A DNA stretch of 64,000 nucleotides from Promethearchaeia archaeon (GCA_029856105.1 JAHQWH010000210.1:22685-86684), one strand, 5' to 3'; counted from the stretch's first letter, positions 50,342 through 60,929 are shown. The notes: a model not told the origin generated them from the sequence alone. Numbers and translations are program-made.

Positions 50342-53110
50342 ATGGTAAAAACTAATAAAAAAACCTCAAAAATTATGGTAATAAGTATTATTGCTTTAAT
50401 TATTAGCGGAGCATCGCTGTTTCTTATAATGATACCTGCACATGGGCAAGCTGCAAATCAAAAAAATATTTTAGTTATTAGTAAAGGAAACGATAATACT
50501 ATTATTCAGAGATTAAGAATTGATACGGACAATTTTAACTTTTCAGTTGTTGCGGATACAGAGCCCCTTAATTCTATTGGTTCATGGATTGATAGTGTAA
50601 TAATTATTGATGCTTTATTAGATTCTACGGAGCAAAATCTTCTGTCAAATTTTGTCGATGGGGGTGGTTCAGTTGTTGTTTTAATGGGTCAGAATTTGTT
50701 TAACAATGCAACCCTTTTAGGAAAATTGGATTTAATTAACAATACTTTATTTGAAGCAGAAAAAAAGATAAACCAAGAACAAGCTCTTTTTGTTATAGCA
50801 AACACCAATCATCCAATAAGTAAAAATATTGATTGGAATTCTGCACCTGGTTTGAAAATCGATAATATGACCATAATACCCACTGAAAGTTTAAATGCGT
50901 CAGTTGAGAGGATTATTGATGTGTTTCCTATTTCAAAAAACTTAGAGATTAACGCTAATAGGCACCCTGTTTTATTAGAAAGAGCAAAGGGGAGCGGAAA
51001 TATTATATTATTTACTGGTTGGTTGGAAGAAGGAGCAAATCTAGATTTTAAAGTGTGGCCGTACTTTAATTATTTTTTATATACGATGATTTTTGAAAGC
51101 TTAAACATAGATTTTCAAACATATTCAGCTTGGCCCTATTCTCCAGTACCTCACCTAACAGAACAAATTATACTACTTATAATCGTTATTGTATTGGCTA
51201 TTCTGGCTGTAGCGTTATTTGTTGTAATGAAAAGAAAATCATCAATAGAAATGGATCGAACTACAATAGAAGCATTAAAAAAACAAGCTGAAGAAGAAGA
51301 ACAAAAAAGGTTGAAAGAAGCAGAAGATCTCCAAAAAAAATTAGATGAGCATGTTGACTTAAAAAACGATTGGGAAGTCATTGGAATTCACAGACAGTTA
51401 GGAGGTTTTCTCTTTACGCTCTTTATGGCTTTATTATTGATCATTCCGCAGTTATTAATTTCAAATTTTATAATGCCTCAAATAATTCAGCCATATCCAC
51501 AAGCAGCAGGATGGTACTACTATGCATACAATATTTTCCAAGTAGCGTGGTTAATCTTTGACTTTGGCACATCTTTCGCATTAGCAAAATATTTTTCTCA
51601 ATATAGGGGAGATAATCCAGAAAAAGCAATTCATTACATTCAGATTTTCGTGTGGTGGCAATTATTTACAGGATTGGCACAAATTACGATTTTCGCATTT
51701 ATTGGATCAATCGTCTTCCCACAGATTCAATTTGCAGCCCATATGAGTTGGATTTTTATCACTTTTTCTTTAGTACAATATCCTGGTTTCTTCTTAGTAT
51801 TTATGTTCACATTCCAGGGATTGCAAAGAACAGATTTACATCTTATTACTTATGTTTTATGGGAAGTATTTTGGTTGCTTATTGGACAAATGGTTTTTTG
51901 TTATTTAGGACGTATGTGGGGTGCTGCAAATCCCATATTTGGTGAAGCACTTGGTGCGGGGATAGGATATGCATTAGCTAGATACTTTGATTATTGGATG
52001 ACATTTCTCTTTTCTATGTATTTATTTAAAAAACAAGGCTTTTCACCTAAGACAGTATTCAGAACTGATTTTTCCAAGGAAGAATTTAAAGAATCCATAA
52101 AATTTGGATCGAAATTAGCCTTTGGATCCTCATTTGTTCAAATTGGCTGGTTTATTCAAATAATAATAACGAGTGCGTTTATTGCTAACTATTCAAATGA
52201 ACTTGGGTATTTTAACTTAGCATGGAATGTTGGTCAAATTATTATGATCGTTGCATTATACAGCAATTCTTTATTGGGAGCATATAGTGAGTCTTATTCG
52301 CATGGAAAAAATTCTTTGACAAAATTATATGTTTACCAAGGGTTTAGGTGGGCTAATTACTTTGCTTTTTTTCTAATATCAGTCATACTTGCAATTGGAG
52401 CTAAATTTATTGTGGGTGCTGCTGGTCCAGAATATGGAACTCCCGCTGTGAGATTCTTATTTCCACTATTAATATTTCATGGCTTTGGAGTCTATTCATG
52501 GATAGGAGATGCTATTTTTACAGGAACAGGAAAAACAACTCAATTAGCGCTTATTTGGATACTAGAATTCGTAATAAGAGCAGTTTTACTAGTAGTTTTA
52601 GTATTATGGCTTAAAGACATGATAGCAGTGATATTTGCTTATATTCCTGCCGTAATTGTTAAAGACCTTGCTCTCTGGATTGTTGCTAAGTATAAGATTA
52701 CAGATTATAAGCTATATCCATTTAAATCGTTCCTAACACCTTTTCTTGCCGCTATTGGAAATTATCTAGTCTTATCATTCGTTGGAGACCTTATCTGGAG
52801 TATTGAATTAGGGGATAAAATCATAAACACAGCGTTAATATTTATAATTGGAATTTTTCTGTTCATGTATTTCTTTGCTTTTTTAGATGGTTTATTCGGA
52901 GGATACGACGATAATTCTTTGAAAGAACTTGAAAGAGCAACAAATCTTACCAAAGGGCGTTTTGGAATCCTTCCAAGAACACTATATAAGGCAGCTAAAG
53001 CTGGAAGTAAAATTAGCCCGTTTCATAACAAATTTAAAATTGATATTTATGAAGAAGCTATGCAAGAAGCTTACGAGTTAACGCTTGAGAAAAAAGTCTT
53101 AAAAATCTAA
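50342..53110 (+). CDS. MOP/MATE-superfamily (oligosaccharide flippase-like) membrane protein with N-terminal extracellular GATase-like domain
   Basis: Signal/TM helix, soluble domain (FVDGGGSVVVLMG, GSGNIILF, WPYF), TM, charged coiled coil, then 12 or more TM with FDFGTSFALAKYFSQY. Confidence 0.7.
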   Translation: MVKTNKKTSKIMVISIIALIISGASLFLIMIPAHGQAANQKNILVISKGNDNTIIQRLRIDTDNFNFSVVADTEPLNSIGSWIDSVIIIDALLDSTEQNLLSNFVDGGGSVVVLMGQNLFNNATLLGKLDLINNTLFEAEKKINQEQALFVIANTNHPISKNIDWNSAPGLKIDNMTIIPTESLNASVERIIDVFPISKNLEINANRHPVLLERAKGSGNIILFTGWLEEGANLDFKVWPYFNYFLYTMIFESLNIDFQTYSAWPYSPVPHLTEQIILLIIVIVLAILAVALFVVMKRKSSIEMDRTTIEALKKQAEEEEQKRLKEAEDLQKKLDEHVDLKNDWEVIGIHRQLGGFLFTLFMALLLIIPQLLISNFIMPQIIQPYPQAAGWYYYAYNIFQVAWLIFDFGTSFALAKYFSQYRGDNPEKAIHYIQIFVWWQLFTGLAQITIFAFIGSIVFPQIQFAAHMSWIFITFSLVQYPGFFLVFMFTFQGLQRTDLHLITYVLWEVFWLLIGQMVFCYLGRMWGAANPIFGEALGAGIGYALARYFDYWMTFLFSMYLFKKQGFSPKTVFRTDFSKEEFKESIKFGSKLAFGSSFVQIGWFIQIIITSAFIANYSNELGYFNLAWNVGQIIMIVALYSNSLLGAYSESYSHGKNSLTKLYVYQGFRWANYFAFFLISVILAIGAKFIVGAAGPEYGTPAVRFLFPLLIFHGFGVYSWIGDAIFTGTGKTTQLALIWILEFVIRAVLLVVLVLWLKDMIAVIFAYIPAVIVKDLALWIVAKYKITDYKLYPFKSFLTPFLAAIGNYLVLSFVGDLIWSIELGDKIINTALIFIIGIFLFMYFFAFLDGLFGGYDDNSLKELERATNLTKGRFGILPRTLYKAAKAGSKISPFHNKFKIDIYEEAMQEAYELTLEKKVLKI

Positions 53111-53116
53111 TATCTC

Positions 53117-53127
53117 TTTTTTTTTTT
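53117..53127 (+). terminator. Oligo-T tract, putative archaeal terminator
   Basis: T11 run 7 nt after the stop at 53110. Confidence 0.5.
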
Positions 53128-53230
53128 ATTTATTAAAAAACTAATAATTAGAATTTATTCCAATTAAAAACTAATAATTTTAAACTAAGTTATTTGTTAG
53201 TTCTAGGAAAGTAAAGTAATTCACAATAAA

Positions 53231-56137
53231 ATGCCTTTTGAAGATATCAAATTTAAAGAACTCACTCCAATGATGCAACATTGGTATTCCGTTAAAAAGA
53301 AATACCCAGATACAATATTGGCATATCGTATGGGAGATTTTTACGAATTTTTCTACGATGATGCCGTTAGAGTATCAAACCTTTTAGGAATAACTTTGAC
53401 AAAAAGAAAAATTGGATCAGATTCATATCCATTAGCAGGGATACCACATCACGCCGGCTCCTATTTAAATAATTTGATTAACTTAGGAGAAACAGTAGTA
53501 ATTGTCGAACAATTAGAGGATCCTGCCACAGTAAAGGGGAGAATAGTTAAACGGGGGGTCGTTAGAATATTATCCCCAGGCACTATTATCGAGCCTGACA
53601 TGCTTAAATCAAACGAAAACAACTATATTTGTTCTATTGTTAAAGAAAGAAAGGGATTCGGAATCGCTTTCGCTGATCTCTCAACGGGCGAATTCGTTAC
53701 AACGGAATTTTTTAAGAGTGAACAAGATCCATTAGAAAAAATACTTAGCATTTTCTCTCAATACAACCCAGTTGAAGTTATAGTACCTACGGAATTAAAA
53801 AAGGACGAACATCTCTTTCTATTATTAACCGATTTAAACGATGCTTTAATTAAATCTTACGAAGATTATGTATTTAATTATGACGAAGCGCGAGATTTAA
53901 TTAAGCGGCATTTCAACATTTCCAATTTAAATAGTTTTGATTTAGAAAATTGTGAAATGGCGGTTCAAGCTTCTGGGGGATTATTAGCTTTTTTAAAAGA
54001 AACTCAAAGGGATGTAATTCCTAATCTTTTTAAAATAAATCTCATTCGTGAAGAAAAAATTTTACACTTAGATTATATTACACAAAGAAATTTAGAATTA
54101 GTTAGCTCACTTTGGGAAAAGGGGAAGGATACAACGTTGTATTCAATTTTTAATCAGACTCATACGCCTATGGGTGCTCGCTTATTAAAAAAAATTATCC
54201 TTCAACCTTTAACAGACATAAATGAGATAAATCAAAGAATTAATATAGTTCAAAAGTTTAAAGACGATGTTTTCTTAAGGTCTGAATTGAGGGAAGAATT
54301 AAAAGTTGTTGGTGATCTTGAAAGGTTTGTAAACCGAATTAATTACTCTCGAAATTCCAACGCTCGCGACTTAATTAACTTAAAAAATTCTTTGGAAAAA
54401 ATTCCTAAAATTAAAAAGATCTTAGAAAAATCTAAAATTCAGGAAGTCTCAAAATTCATTGATAAAATTAATGATTTTAGAGAAGCTCGAAGCGTAATAG
54501 AAGTCTCTATAAAAGACGACGCGCCACTCACAGTCAAAGAGGGCCACTTGATTAAGACAGGATTTAACGAAAAGATTGATAAATTGAGAGATATTCTCCA
54601 AAATGGTAAAAAATACGTTCTTGATTACGAAAAACAGCAGAGAGATAGATGGAAAGTAAATTCAGGTTTTAAAGTTGGACATAATAACATTCTTGGATAT
54701 TACATACAAATTACTTTAAAAACGCTAAGAGCTATCACAAAAATACCAGATGAATACATTGAACGCCAAACTCTCAAAAACGCGAAAAGATACACCACAA
54801 AAGAACTAAAAGAGCTAGAAGAAAAGATCGTTCAAGCGGAAGAACAGATAAACGATTTGGAATACGAAGTATTTTGTATAATTAGAGAAAAGATTGTAAG
54901 AGAAACATTAAAAATCTTAGAAACTGCTAAAAAAATAGCTTATATTGATGTTCTTGCTTGTTTTGCAGAAGTTGCAGAAAAATACGACTATTGTCGCCCA
55001 AAAATCAATAAAGAAGGTAAAATTGTGATTAAGGGGGGAAGACATCCCGTTGTTGAGCAATTAAGATTGTCTGAAAAATTTATTCCTAACGATTGTTATT
55101 TAGATACGGATGATGAGCAAATCTTAATGATTACTGGGCCGAATATGGCAGGAAAATCTACATATTTACGACAAATTGCCTTAATTTGTATTATTGCCCA
55201 AATGGGGTGCTTTGTCCCGGCCAAATCTGCTACTATAGGTGTTATTGATCAAGTTTTCACGCGTATAGGCGCATCTGATGATCTAGCGAGGAAATTAAGC
55301 ACATTTATGATAGAAATGACTGAAACGGCGAAGATATTAAATTTTGTGACGAAGAAAAGCCTAGTTATTATAGACGAACTTGGAAGAGGCACGAGCACTA
55401 GTGACGGTCAAAGCATCGCTTTAGCAACTCTCGAAAAATTACACGAATTGAAGGCAAAAACGCTATTTAGTACTCACTATCACCAATTAACTGAGATAAA
55501 TCTACCAAGAATAAAAAATTATCATTTAGACATTATCGAAAATGACGATGGAAGCATTAATTTCATTCGAAAATTACAACCAGGAAGCACTGATAAATCG
55601 TATGGAATTCACATTGCGAAACTAGCAGGAATCCCAGATGATGTTATCATAAGAGCGTTTGAAATTTTAAATCAAATCGAGGAAAAAGATCCCTTTAAAG
55701 CTACAGTAGAAGAAAACGGTAATGAAAGTTCAACTAATAAATATTACGACAAATTTATTCAAGAGAAAAAGAAAGCGCTAGAACGTTTGAATTTAGACTT
55801 AGATGTAAAACAGCGAGAGATGAACGAGTGCGAAGCCGAACTAATTAAAAAGGAGAGAGAATTAGGACAAAAAAAATTTGAAGTTGAGAAAAAGAAAGAA
55901 CAGCTAACAAACCTTAAGGATCAGTCAGAGATCACTAAAAAACCAGGAATTAAGAAAAAAAAAGTAGCTGTCCAAACTTCTTTTTTTAAACCAATTGTAT
56001 TGAAAGAAAGAGTGGTTAACGAAAATATTGAAGAGTTAATTAAAAAAATTGAGGACATCGATATTAACTCTATGACTCCAATCGACGCCATGAAAAAGTT
56101 AATCGAGCTTAAAGAGAAGATGCGGAATATCAGCTAA
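53231..56137 (+). CDS. mutS: DNA mismatch repair protein MutS (MutS1)
   Basis: TPMM, MGDFYE, GRHPVVE, TGPNMAGKST, STFMIEM, DELGRGT, SYGIHIAKLAG. Confidence 0.97.
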   Translation: MPFEDIKFKELTPMMQHWYSVKKKYPDTILAYRMGDFYEFFYDDAVRVSNLLGITLTKRKIGSDSYPLAGIPHHAGSYLNNLINLGETVVIVEQLEDPATVKGRIVKRGVVRILSPGTIIEPDMLKSNENNYICSIVKERKGFGIAFADLSTGEFVTTEFFKSEQDPLEKILSIFSQYNPVEVIVPTELKKDEHLFLLLTDLNDALIKSYEDYVFNYDEARDLIKRHFNISNLNSFDLENCEMAVQASGGLLAFLKETQRDVIPNLFKINLIREEKILHLDYITQRNLELVSSLWEKGKDTTLYSIFNQTHTPMGARLLKKIILQPLTDINEINQRINIVQKFKDDVFLRSELREELKVVGDLERFVNRINYSRNSNARDLINLKNSLEKIPKIKKILEKSKIQEVSKFIDKINDFREARSVIEVSIKDDAPLTVKEGHLIKTGFNEKIDKLRDILQNGKKYVLDYEKQQRDRWKVNSGFKVGHNNILGYYIQITLKTLRAITKIPDEYIERQTLKNAKRYTTKELKELEEKIVQAEEQINDLEYEVFCIIREKIVRETLKILETAKKIAYIDVLACFAEVAEKYDYCRPKINKEGKIVIKGGRHPVVEQLRLSEKFIPNDCYLDTDDEQILMITGPNMAGKSTYLRQIALICIIAQMGCFVPAKSATIGVIDQVFTRIGASDDLARKLSTFMIEMTETAKILNFVTKKSLVIIDELGRGTSTSDGQSIALATLEKLHELKAKTLFSTHYHQLTEINLPRIKNYHLDIIENDDGSINFIRKLQPGSTDKSYGIHIAKLAGIPDDVIIRAFEILNQIEEKDPFKATVEENGNESSTNKYYDKFIQEKKKALERLNLDLDVKQREMNECEAELIKKERELGQKKFEVEKKKEQLTNLKDQSEITKKPGIKKKKVAVQTSFFKPIVLKERVVNENIEELIKKIEDIDINSMTPIDAMKKLIELKEKMRNIS

Positions 56138-57051
56138 GGTAAAAATATAGGAAATACCCAAACAACTAACGAATTGTATATGTAATAAGCAATAAAGAGA
56201 ATTATAATTATTGTTCTAATCTGCTTTTTTCTTTTTCCTTCTGTTAAGCTTTCGAAAAAAATGATATATAAGAAGCTAATAAACATTAAATGAGAAGGCT
56301 GTAAAGCTTTCCAAAGAATGGAGTCTACTATTGTTAGGCCTTGAACGTTTGTATCACTACTCAGCCAATTGTTTAACATTTGTGATAGAAAATCTGGAAA
56401 TATAAGGTAAGGCAGACAGATAATAAAGAATGGAATAATATAATATAGTAAATCTTTAAATTTAATTTTCCTTGTTGCTATAATTACCGGAAGGAACAAA
56501 ATTGAATTGATCTTAAATGTAGCAAGAGTAAAAAAAATTCCAGCAAACAATTTTTCATCATCTTTCAGAAAAGAATAAGACAAAAACAGGAAAAATAGTA
56601 TTACAAAATTTACATTATTAAACCACCCATCAATTATATAACCTATTGTTAATAATCCGTAAAAAATAAATAGATCCCTGCGATTTCCAAATATTTTATA
56701 AGTTTTTAATACAATATAACTCACAGAAATTAATCTTAAAGCATCCCATATATAAACTCCAATCTCAAAAGGAATTAGCCCCATAGGTAAAAACAAGAAG
56801 TACCAAAAATATAGATAATATGGCGGCCAATCAGGAATTCCAGGAGGCATTTCCGCAATTTTATAAAAATCTCTTAAGCCATTATGGAACCCTCTTAATA
56901 GAATATTAAAATCGACATCGCGAGAGATTTCTAATAATAGTGGAAAATCAAATAAATTTATAAGAATCCTTAGGGCAATAAATAAAACGGTGATAAAAGC
57001 TAAAAGGCATATGAAATATTTATGAAAAGGGTACTCTCTCTCGATTCTCAT
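56134..57051 (-). CDS. GT87/DUF2029-like GT-C membrane glycosyltransferase
   Basis: Multi-TM; DF...Y, YYLY..FLFLP, NVN, AGIFFTLATFK pattern. Confidence 0.7.
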   Translation of the reverse strand: MRIEREYPFHKYFICLLAFITVLFIALRILINLFDFPLLLEISRDVDFNILLRGFHNGLRDFYKIAEMPPGIPDWPPYYLYFWYFLFLPMGLIPFEIGVYIWDALRLISVSYIVLKTYKIFGNRRDLFIFYGLLTIGYIIDGWFNNVNFVILFFLFLSYSFLKDDEKLFAGIFFTLATFKINSILFLPVIIATRKIKFKDLLYYIIPFFIICLPYLIFPDFLSQMLNNWLSSDTNVQGLTIVDSILWKALQPSHLMFISFLYIIFFESLTEGKRKKQIRTIIIILFIAYYIYNSLVVWVFPIFLP

Positions 57052-57255
57052 TTTATTAAAATATTAATGGTAATATTATTAAAATGAATAATCTAAAGTA
57101 TTTATAACGATTTAAAAGACTTACTTTAGATTTTGAACTTCATTAGAAATGATTAAAAAATCGAATTTATTTAAACTTTAATAGAGTATTATTTTAAATT
57201 TGATTTAGATGTGAAAGATATTAACTTCAAAAAATAAAATAAAATTCTCAAAAAA

Positions 57256-59100
57256 TTGAAAAGAAATAAAATTAAGAAAATAGATGACGCTGAAAAGATC
57301 GCAGCCGGAGAGGTAGTAGAAAGACCAGCGAATGTCGTGAAGGAATTAATTGAAAATAGTATAGATGCTGGAGCGAAAGAAATTCGAATTATCGTTAAAA
57401 AAGCTGGAAAAAGCTTAATCCATATTATTGACGATGGTATTGGTATTCCTCCTGATGAGATTGTAATAGCGTTTGACCGCCATACAAGTAGTAAAATTAA
57501 CAAATTTGAAGATTTAGAGGTTTTATCTACTTTAGGATTTAGGGGGGAGGCTTTAGCTAGTATTGCAGCCGTTAGTCAACTTGAAATAACTTCAAGGATT
57601 AAGGAAAAAGAACGAGGAGTAAAATTAATATTAGAAGATAGAAAAATTATCGATAAAAAAGAAATTTTTTGTCCCATTGGAACAGATATCAAGGTTAAAA
57701 ATTTGTTTTACAATATTCCGGCTCGACAAAAGTTTCTAAAAAAAGACTTTACTGAACTTGGTCACATTACTGATATCATACAGAGGTATTCTTTAGCTTA
57801 TCCTCATATTCATTTCATTTATATGCATAACGATTTAAGTATTCTTAATTGTCCCGCTTTAAACGATTTGAAAACGACTGTTTTTCATATTTATGGGAAA
57901 AATGTAGCAAAATTTATGGAGCCTATCAATTTCAAGGAAGGAAATTTAAAACTCCATGGGTTACTTGGTCATAGTGAGATTTCAAAAAATAACAGAACGC
58001 AGTCAAGTATAATCTTAAATAAGCGGTATGTCATAAGCGACCTTTTATTTAGAGCTATACAAGAAGCGTATAAAGGAACGCTAATGACAGGAAAGTATCC
58101 ATTTTTCGTCTTGCATTTAGAAATAGATCCCTCTGTAATTGATTTTAACGTACACCCTAAAAAGTTAAATATAAGGTTTGAAAACGAAGATTACATATAT
58201 AATAAGGTTTATAATATCGTTCGTAAATTTGTTGAAGAAAAGTTTATTGAAAAAGAAGTTACTTACGATTTTCAAGAAATTAGTAAATTTACATCACCTC
58301 AAACAGAAGATGATAAAGAAGAACCGAACGATAAGTCTGAAGTTTCAGTAGAAGAGTCTGAAAAAAGTTCAAAACACCAAATAGATAAATCTATTCAATT
58401 AAGTTTAACTGATCACGATGTCGATAAAGGGTTGGGAGAAGCCACTTCAGCAGAAACTTTTTTGAGAGAAAAGTATGTCGTAGCAAAAAATTTTCCTAAA
58501 CTTCGATTAATTTCTCGCACTGGCCAATTAAGCAATAAAACTTACGTTGTTTTAGAAGGAATTAATGAAAATGACGAGGGTGGTGTATATATCTTGGATC
58601 AACACGCTGCATCGGAACGCGTAAATAAAGAACTTTTTTACGATCTTTATAACAAATCCGTAAAAAGTAAGCAAAAATTAATTTCGCCGCTTAAAATTGA
58701 AGTAAGTCCGAGCGAGAAATTTTTTTTACAGAACAATTTAAAAGAAATTAATCGACTTGGATTTGATTTCGAACATTTTGGAGGTAACACTTTCATTTTA
58801 AGATCAATCCCAATAATAATGGGAAAAAACCCGAGTATGCAGATTATTAAAGATATAATTGGCGATATAACAGAAATAGGGAAAGATAAAAGCTTCTCAG
58901 AAAAATTAGAAGAAATGATTAATTATTTAGCCTGTCACAAAAGCATCAGAGGGGGCGACGACTTGTCTTTAAAAAATGTTAGAAAACTAATTGTCGATTT
59001 AGCTAATTGTAAAGATTCGTATCATTGCGCACATGGAAGACCCACTTTGAAATTTATCTCATTCAAAGAACTAGATAAGCTTTTTAAAAGAATAGTTTAG
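57256..59100 (+). CDS. mutL: DNA mismatch repair endonuclease MutL
   Basis: IAAGEVVERP, KELIENSIDAG, GFRGEALAS, DFNVHP, DQHAASER, ACH, CAHGRP. Confidence 0.97.
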   Translation: MKRNKIKKIDDAEKIAAGEVVERPANVVKELIENSIDAGAKEIRIIVKKAGKSLIHIIDDGIGIPPDEIVIAFDRHTSSKINKFEDLEVLSTLGFRGEALASIAAVSQLEITSRIKEKERGVKLILEDRKIIDKKEIFCPIGTDIKVKNLFYNIPARQKFLKKDFTELGHITDIIQRYSLAYPHIHFIYMHNDLSILNCPALNDLKTTVFHIYGKNVAKFMEPINFKEGNLKLHGLLGHSEISKNNRTQSSIILNKRYVISDLLFRAIQEAYKGTLMTGKYPFFVLHLEIDPSVIDFNVHPKKLNIRFENEDYIYNKVYNIVRKFVEEKFIEKEVTYDFQEISKFTSPQTEDDKEEPNDKSEVSVEESEKSSKHQIDKSIQLSLTDHDVDKGLGEATSAETFLREKYVVAKNFPKLRLISRTGQLSNKTYVVLEGINENDEGGVYILDQHAASERVNKELFYDLYNKSVKSKQKLISPLKIEVSPSEKFFLQNNLKEINRLGFDFEHFGGNTFILRSIPIIMGKNPSMQIIKDIIGDITEIGKDKSFSEKLEEMINYLACHKSIRGGDDLSLKNVRKLIVDLANCKDSYHCAHGRPTLKFISFKELDKLFKRIV

Positions 59101-59204
59101 ATGGTTTTTTTACTTATTATGCAATTCTTCAAATAATTAAGATATAAATAACAAGTTTTCAATTAGAATAATAAGAAGAACAAAACAAATTCTATGTATA
59201 TCTT

Positions 59205-59687
59205 ATGAAAAAAAAAGACAAAAAGCAGAAAGTAAAAAAAGGTAAACTAGATCAAGAAGATAGTTATGTTCCTATTAAGAATCCTCAAATAGAGGCGCTT
59301 TCAAAAATAGTAGAATTAAGCGATTTAGCAGAAGGAAGTTTAATGAAAGGTGTTTACGATGATGCTATATCTTATTCAGAACAAGTCATTAGATTAGCAA
59401 TAGAAAATGGTATGGACCATCATATTAAAAAACAAGAAGAATTTATGAAAATTGTAGCTGAAAAAGTTCAAAAGAATTTTTTTGTTTCAAAAATTAACGA
59501 AGCAGCGAGTAAAATAGAAAAGATTTATGATGTTCTAATAAAAGCTGAAAATTTTAATCAAGCTCACGAAGTGTTAGAAGCTTTTAAAATTCATTATAAG
59601 GATAAAATAAATTTAGATTCAATTAAGATTTTTCAAGACTTGATAAAGAAAGACTTAAAAGAAGGGATTAAATTTAAGATTGGTTAA
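59205..59687 (+). CDS. Hypothetical helical-repeat (TPR-like) protein
   Basis: GVYDDAISYSEQVIRLA and ENFNQAHEVLE helix-pair patterns. Confidence 0.65.
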   Translation: MKKKDKKQKVKKGKLDQEDSYVPIKNPQIEALSKIVELSDLAEGSLMKGVYDDAISYSEQVIRLAIENGMDHHIKKQEEFMKIVAEKVQKNFFVSKINEAASKIEKIYDVLIKAENFNQAHEVLEAFKIHYKDKINLDSIKIFQDLIKKDLKEGIKFKIG

Positions 59688-59704
59688 CAAAATGACAATG
59701 GAAA

Positions 59705-59971
59705 CTAAGCTTTTGAAAAAGCGATCCCTTCAATTCCTTGGATTCCCTCAACTTGTCTAAATAATTCTTCGACCTTATCTGTGCCCCCCCATTCTTCAGG
59801 GTACCTAACACGGACTCTTGCCTTCTTCAAACCAAATGCAACAGGTTTTATATCATAACTTTCGACAACAGCGTTATCGGTAAGTACATTTCTTAATTTT
59901 GAAACGAGTTCTTCAAAATTAACATCTATATCTTCAGGAATAACATCAATTAATGCTACAAATTCTCCCAT
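59705..59971 (-). CDS. ef1b: Elongation factor 1-beta
   Basis: PVAFGLK, GGTDKVEE; ATG at 59971; downstream of a DUF1610-type gene as is usual in archaea. Confidence 0.93.
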   Translation of the reverse strand: MGEFVALIDVIPEDIDVNFEELVSKLRNVLTDNAVVESYDIKPVAFGLKKARVRVRYPEEWGGTDKVEELFRQVEGIQGIEGIAFSKA

Positions 59972-60029
59972 TTTAAACAATCTCTTTATTTTTTTATCTA
60001 ATATCGCCGTTCAACCGTTCTATGCCCAA

Positions 60030-60206
60030 CTAAGGCCCCGAAAATGAACATTTAAGACAAGTATACGAATTTCCCATTGTTCTACATCGTTCGCATCTCC
60101 AAATAGTTACATCCCCGCATTGGGGACAAGGAAAATGAACTGCACCTTCATAAGGGGCAATCGGTCGTCCACATGAGAAACACATGTTTTTTTTATGACT
60201 TGACAT
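60030..60206 (-). CDS. DUF1610/HVO_2753-type Zn-ribbon small protein
   Basis: Not in ORF track; MSSHKKNMCFSCGRPIAPYEGAVHFPCPQCGDVTIWRCERCRTMGNSYTCLKCSFSGP (four CxxC). Confidence 0.92.
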   Translation of the reverse strand: MSSHKKNMCFSCGRPIAPYEGAVHFPCPQCGDVTIWRCERCRTMGNSYTCLKCSFSGP

Positions 60207-60392
60207 CGTTAATCCTAGTAAACTATAATGGATAGTAAAATATCCTCTAACTTTAATTATTTTCGATTTTAAAAACTAATTTAGACCTAAATTTCTATGG
60301 ATTTATTCATAATCTATATTTATATTAATTCACAACATAATAATTATAATAAAGGTTATTTTATACAAAATTTACATTTTTGGAAAAACGCG

Positions 60393-60929
60393 ATGCCAGA
60401 GAATAAAGTAATTAAATACTTCAGCCTTATAGAAGCCTGGGCTTGGTGTGATATATGTTCCGAAATGGTTAATATTCGGGTAAATAAGGACGAAATTAAA
60501 TCCGGATTAAAAATGGGTATGTATACTAAAGAACATAAACACTTAAATCCTTACCCAGATCAAGAAGATACAGATGATTATTCAGGTCAGGAACATACGA
60601 TTTATCTTTATATAAATGACAATTACGATATAACGGGAGTGAAATCGTTTTTTGGAGATTCTCCAAGTATGAGTGAAGTTGGAGCTGGAACCATCGAAAT
60701 AGGTGGAGAAGTAAGGATCCCGATTGTAGTTAAAGAAGTTTCGCCAATGAGCGTTCAATTAGGAATGCTATCATTAGACGAGTTCAAATTGTTAAAAGTG
60801 TGTGATGGAATGAATTCAGTACAAGAATGCGCTGATATCTCTCAAAAACCCATTGACAAAGTCGAAAAAATGCTAGATAAACTACGGAAGAAAGGTTTAG
60901 TTAAAGTTATCAAGAGAACTTCTGGATAA
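60393..60929 (+). CDS. Hypothetical protein: CxxC/His metal-binding domain plus C-terminal winged helix
   Basis: WCDIC...HKH...HTIYLYI; LKVCDGMNSVQECADI...VEKMLDKLRKKGLVK. Confidence 0.75.
   Translation: MPENKVIKYFSLIEAWAWCDICSEMVNIRVNKDEIKSGLKMGMYTKEHKHLNPYPDQEDTDDYSGQEHTIYLYINDNYDITGVKSFFGDSPSMSEVGAGTIEIGGEVRIPIVVKEVSPMSVQLGMLSLDEFKLLKVCDGMNSVQECADISQKPIDKVEKMLDKLRKKGLVKVIKRTSG

Noticed and set aside
53132-53179. Direct repeat AAAAACTAATAATT upstream of mutS
   Set aside because: Low-complexity AT sequence, not distinguishable from chance.
59994-60032. TAG readthrough extending the DUF1610 protein by 11 codons
   Set aside because: The family normally ends at F-x-G-P, and there is no pyrrolysine machinery in the window.
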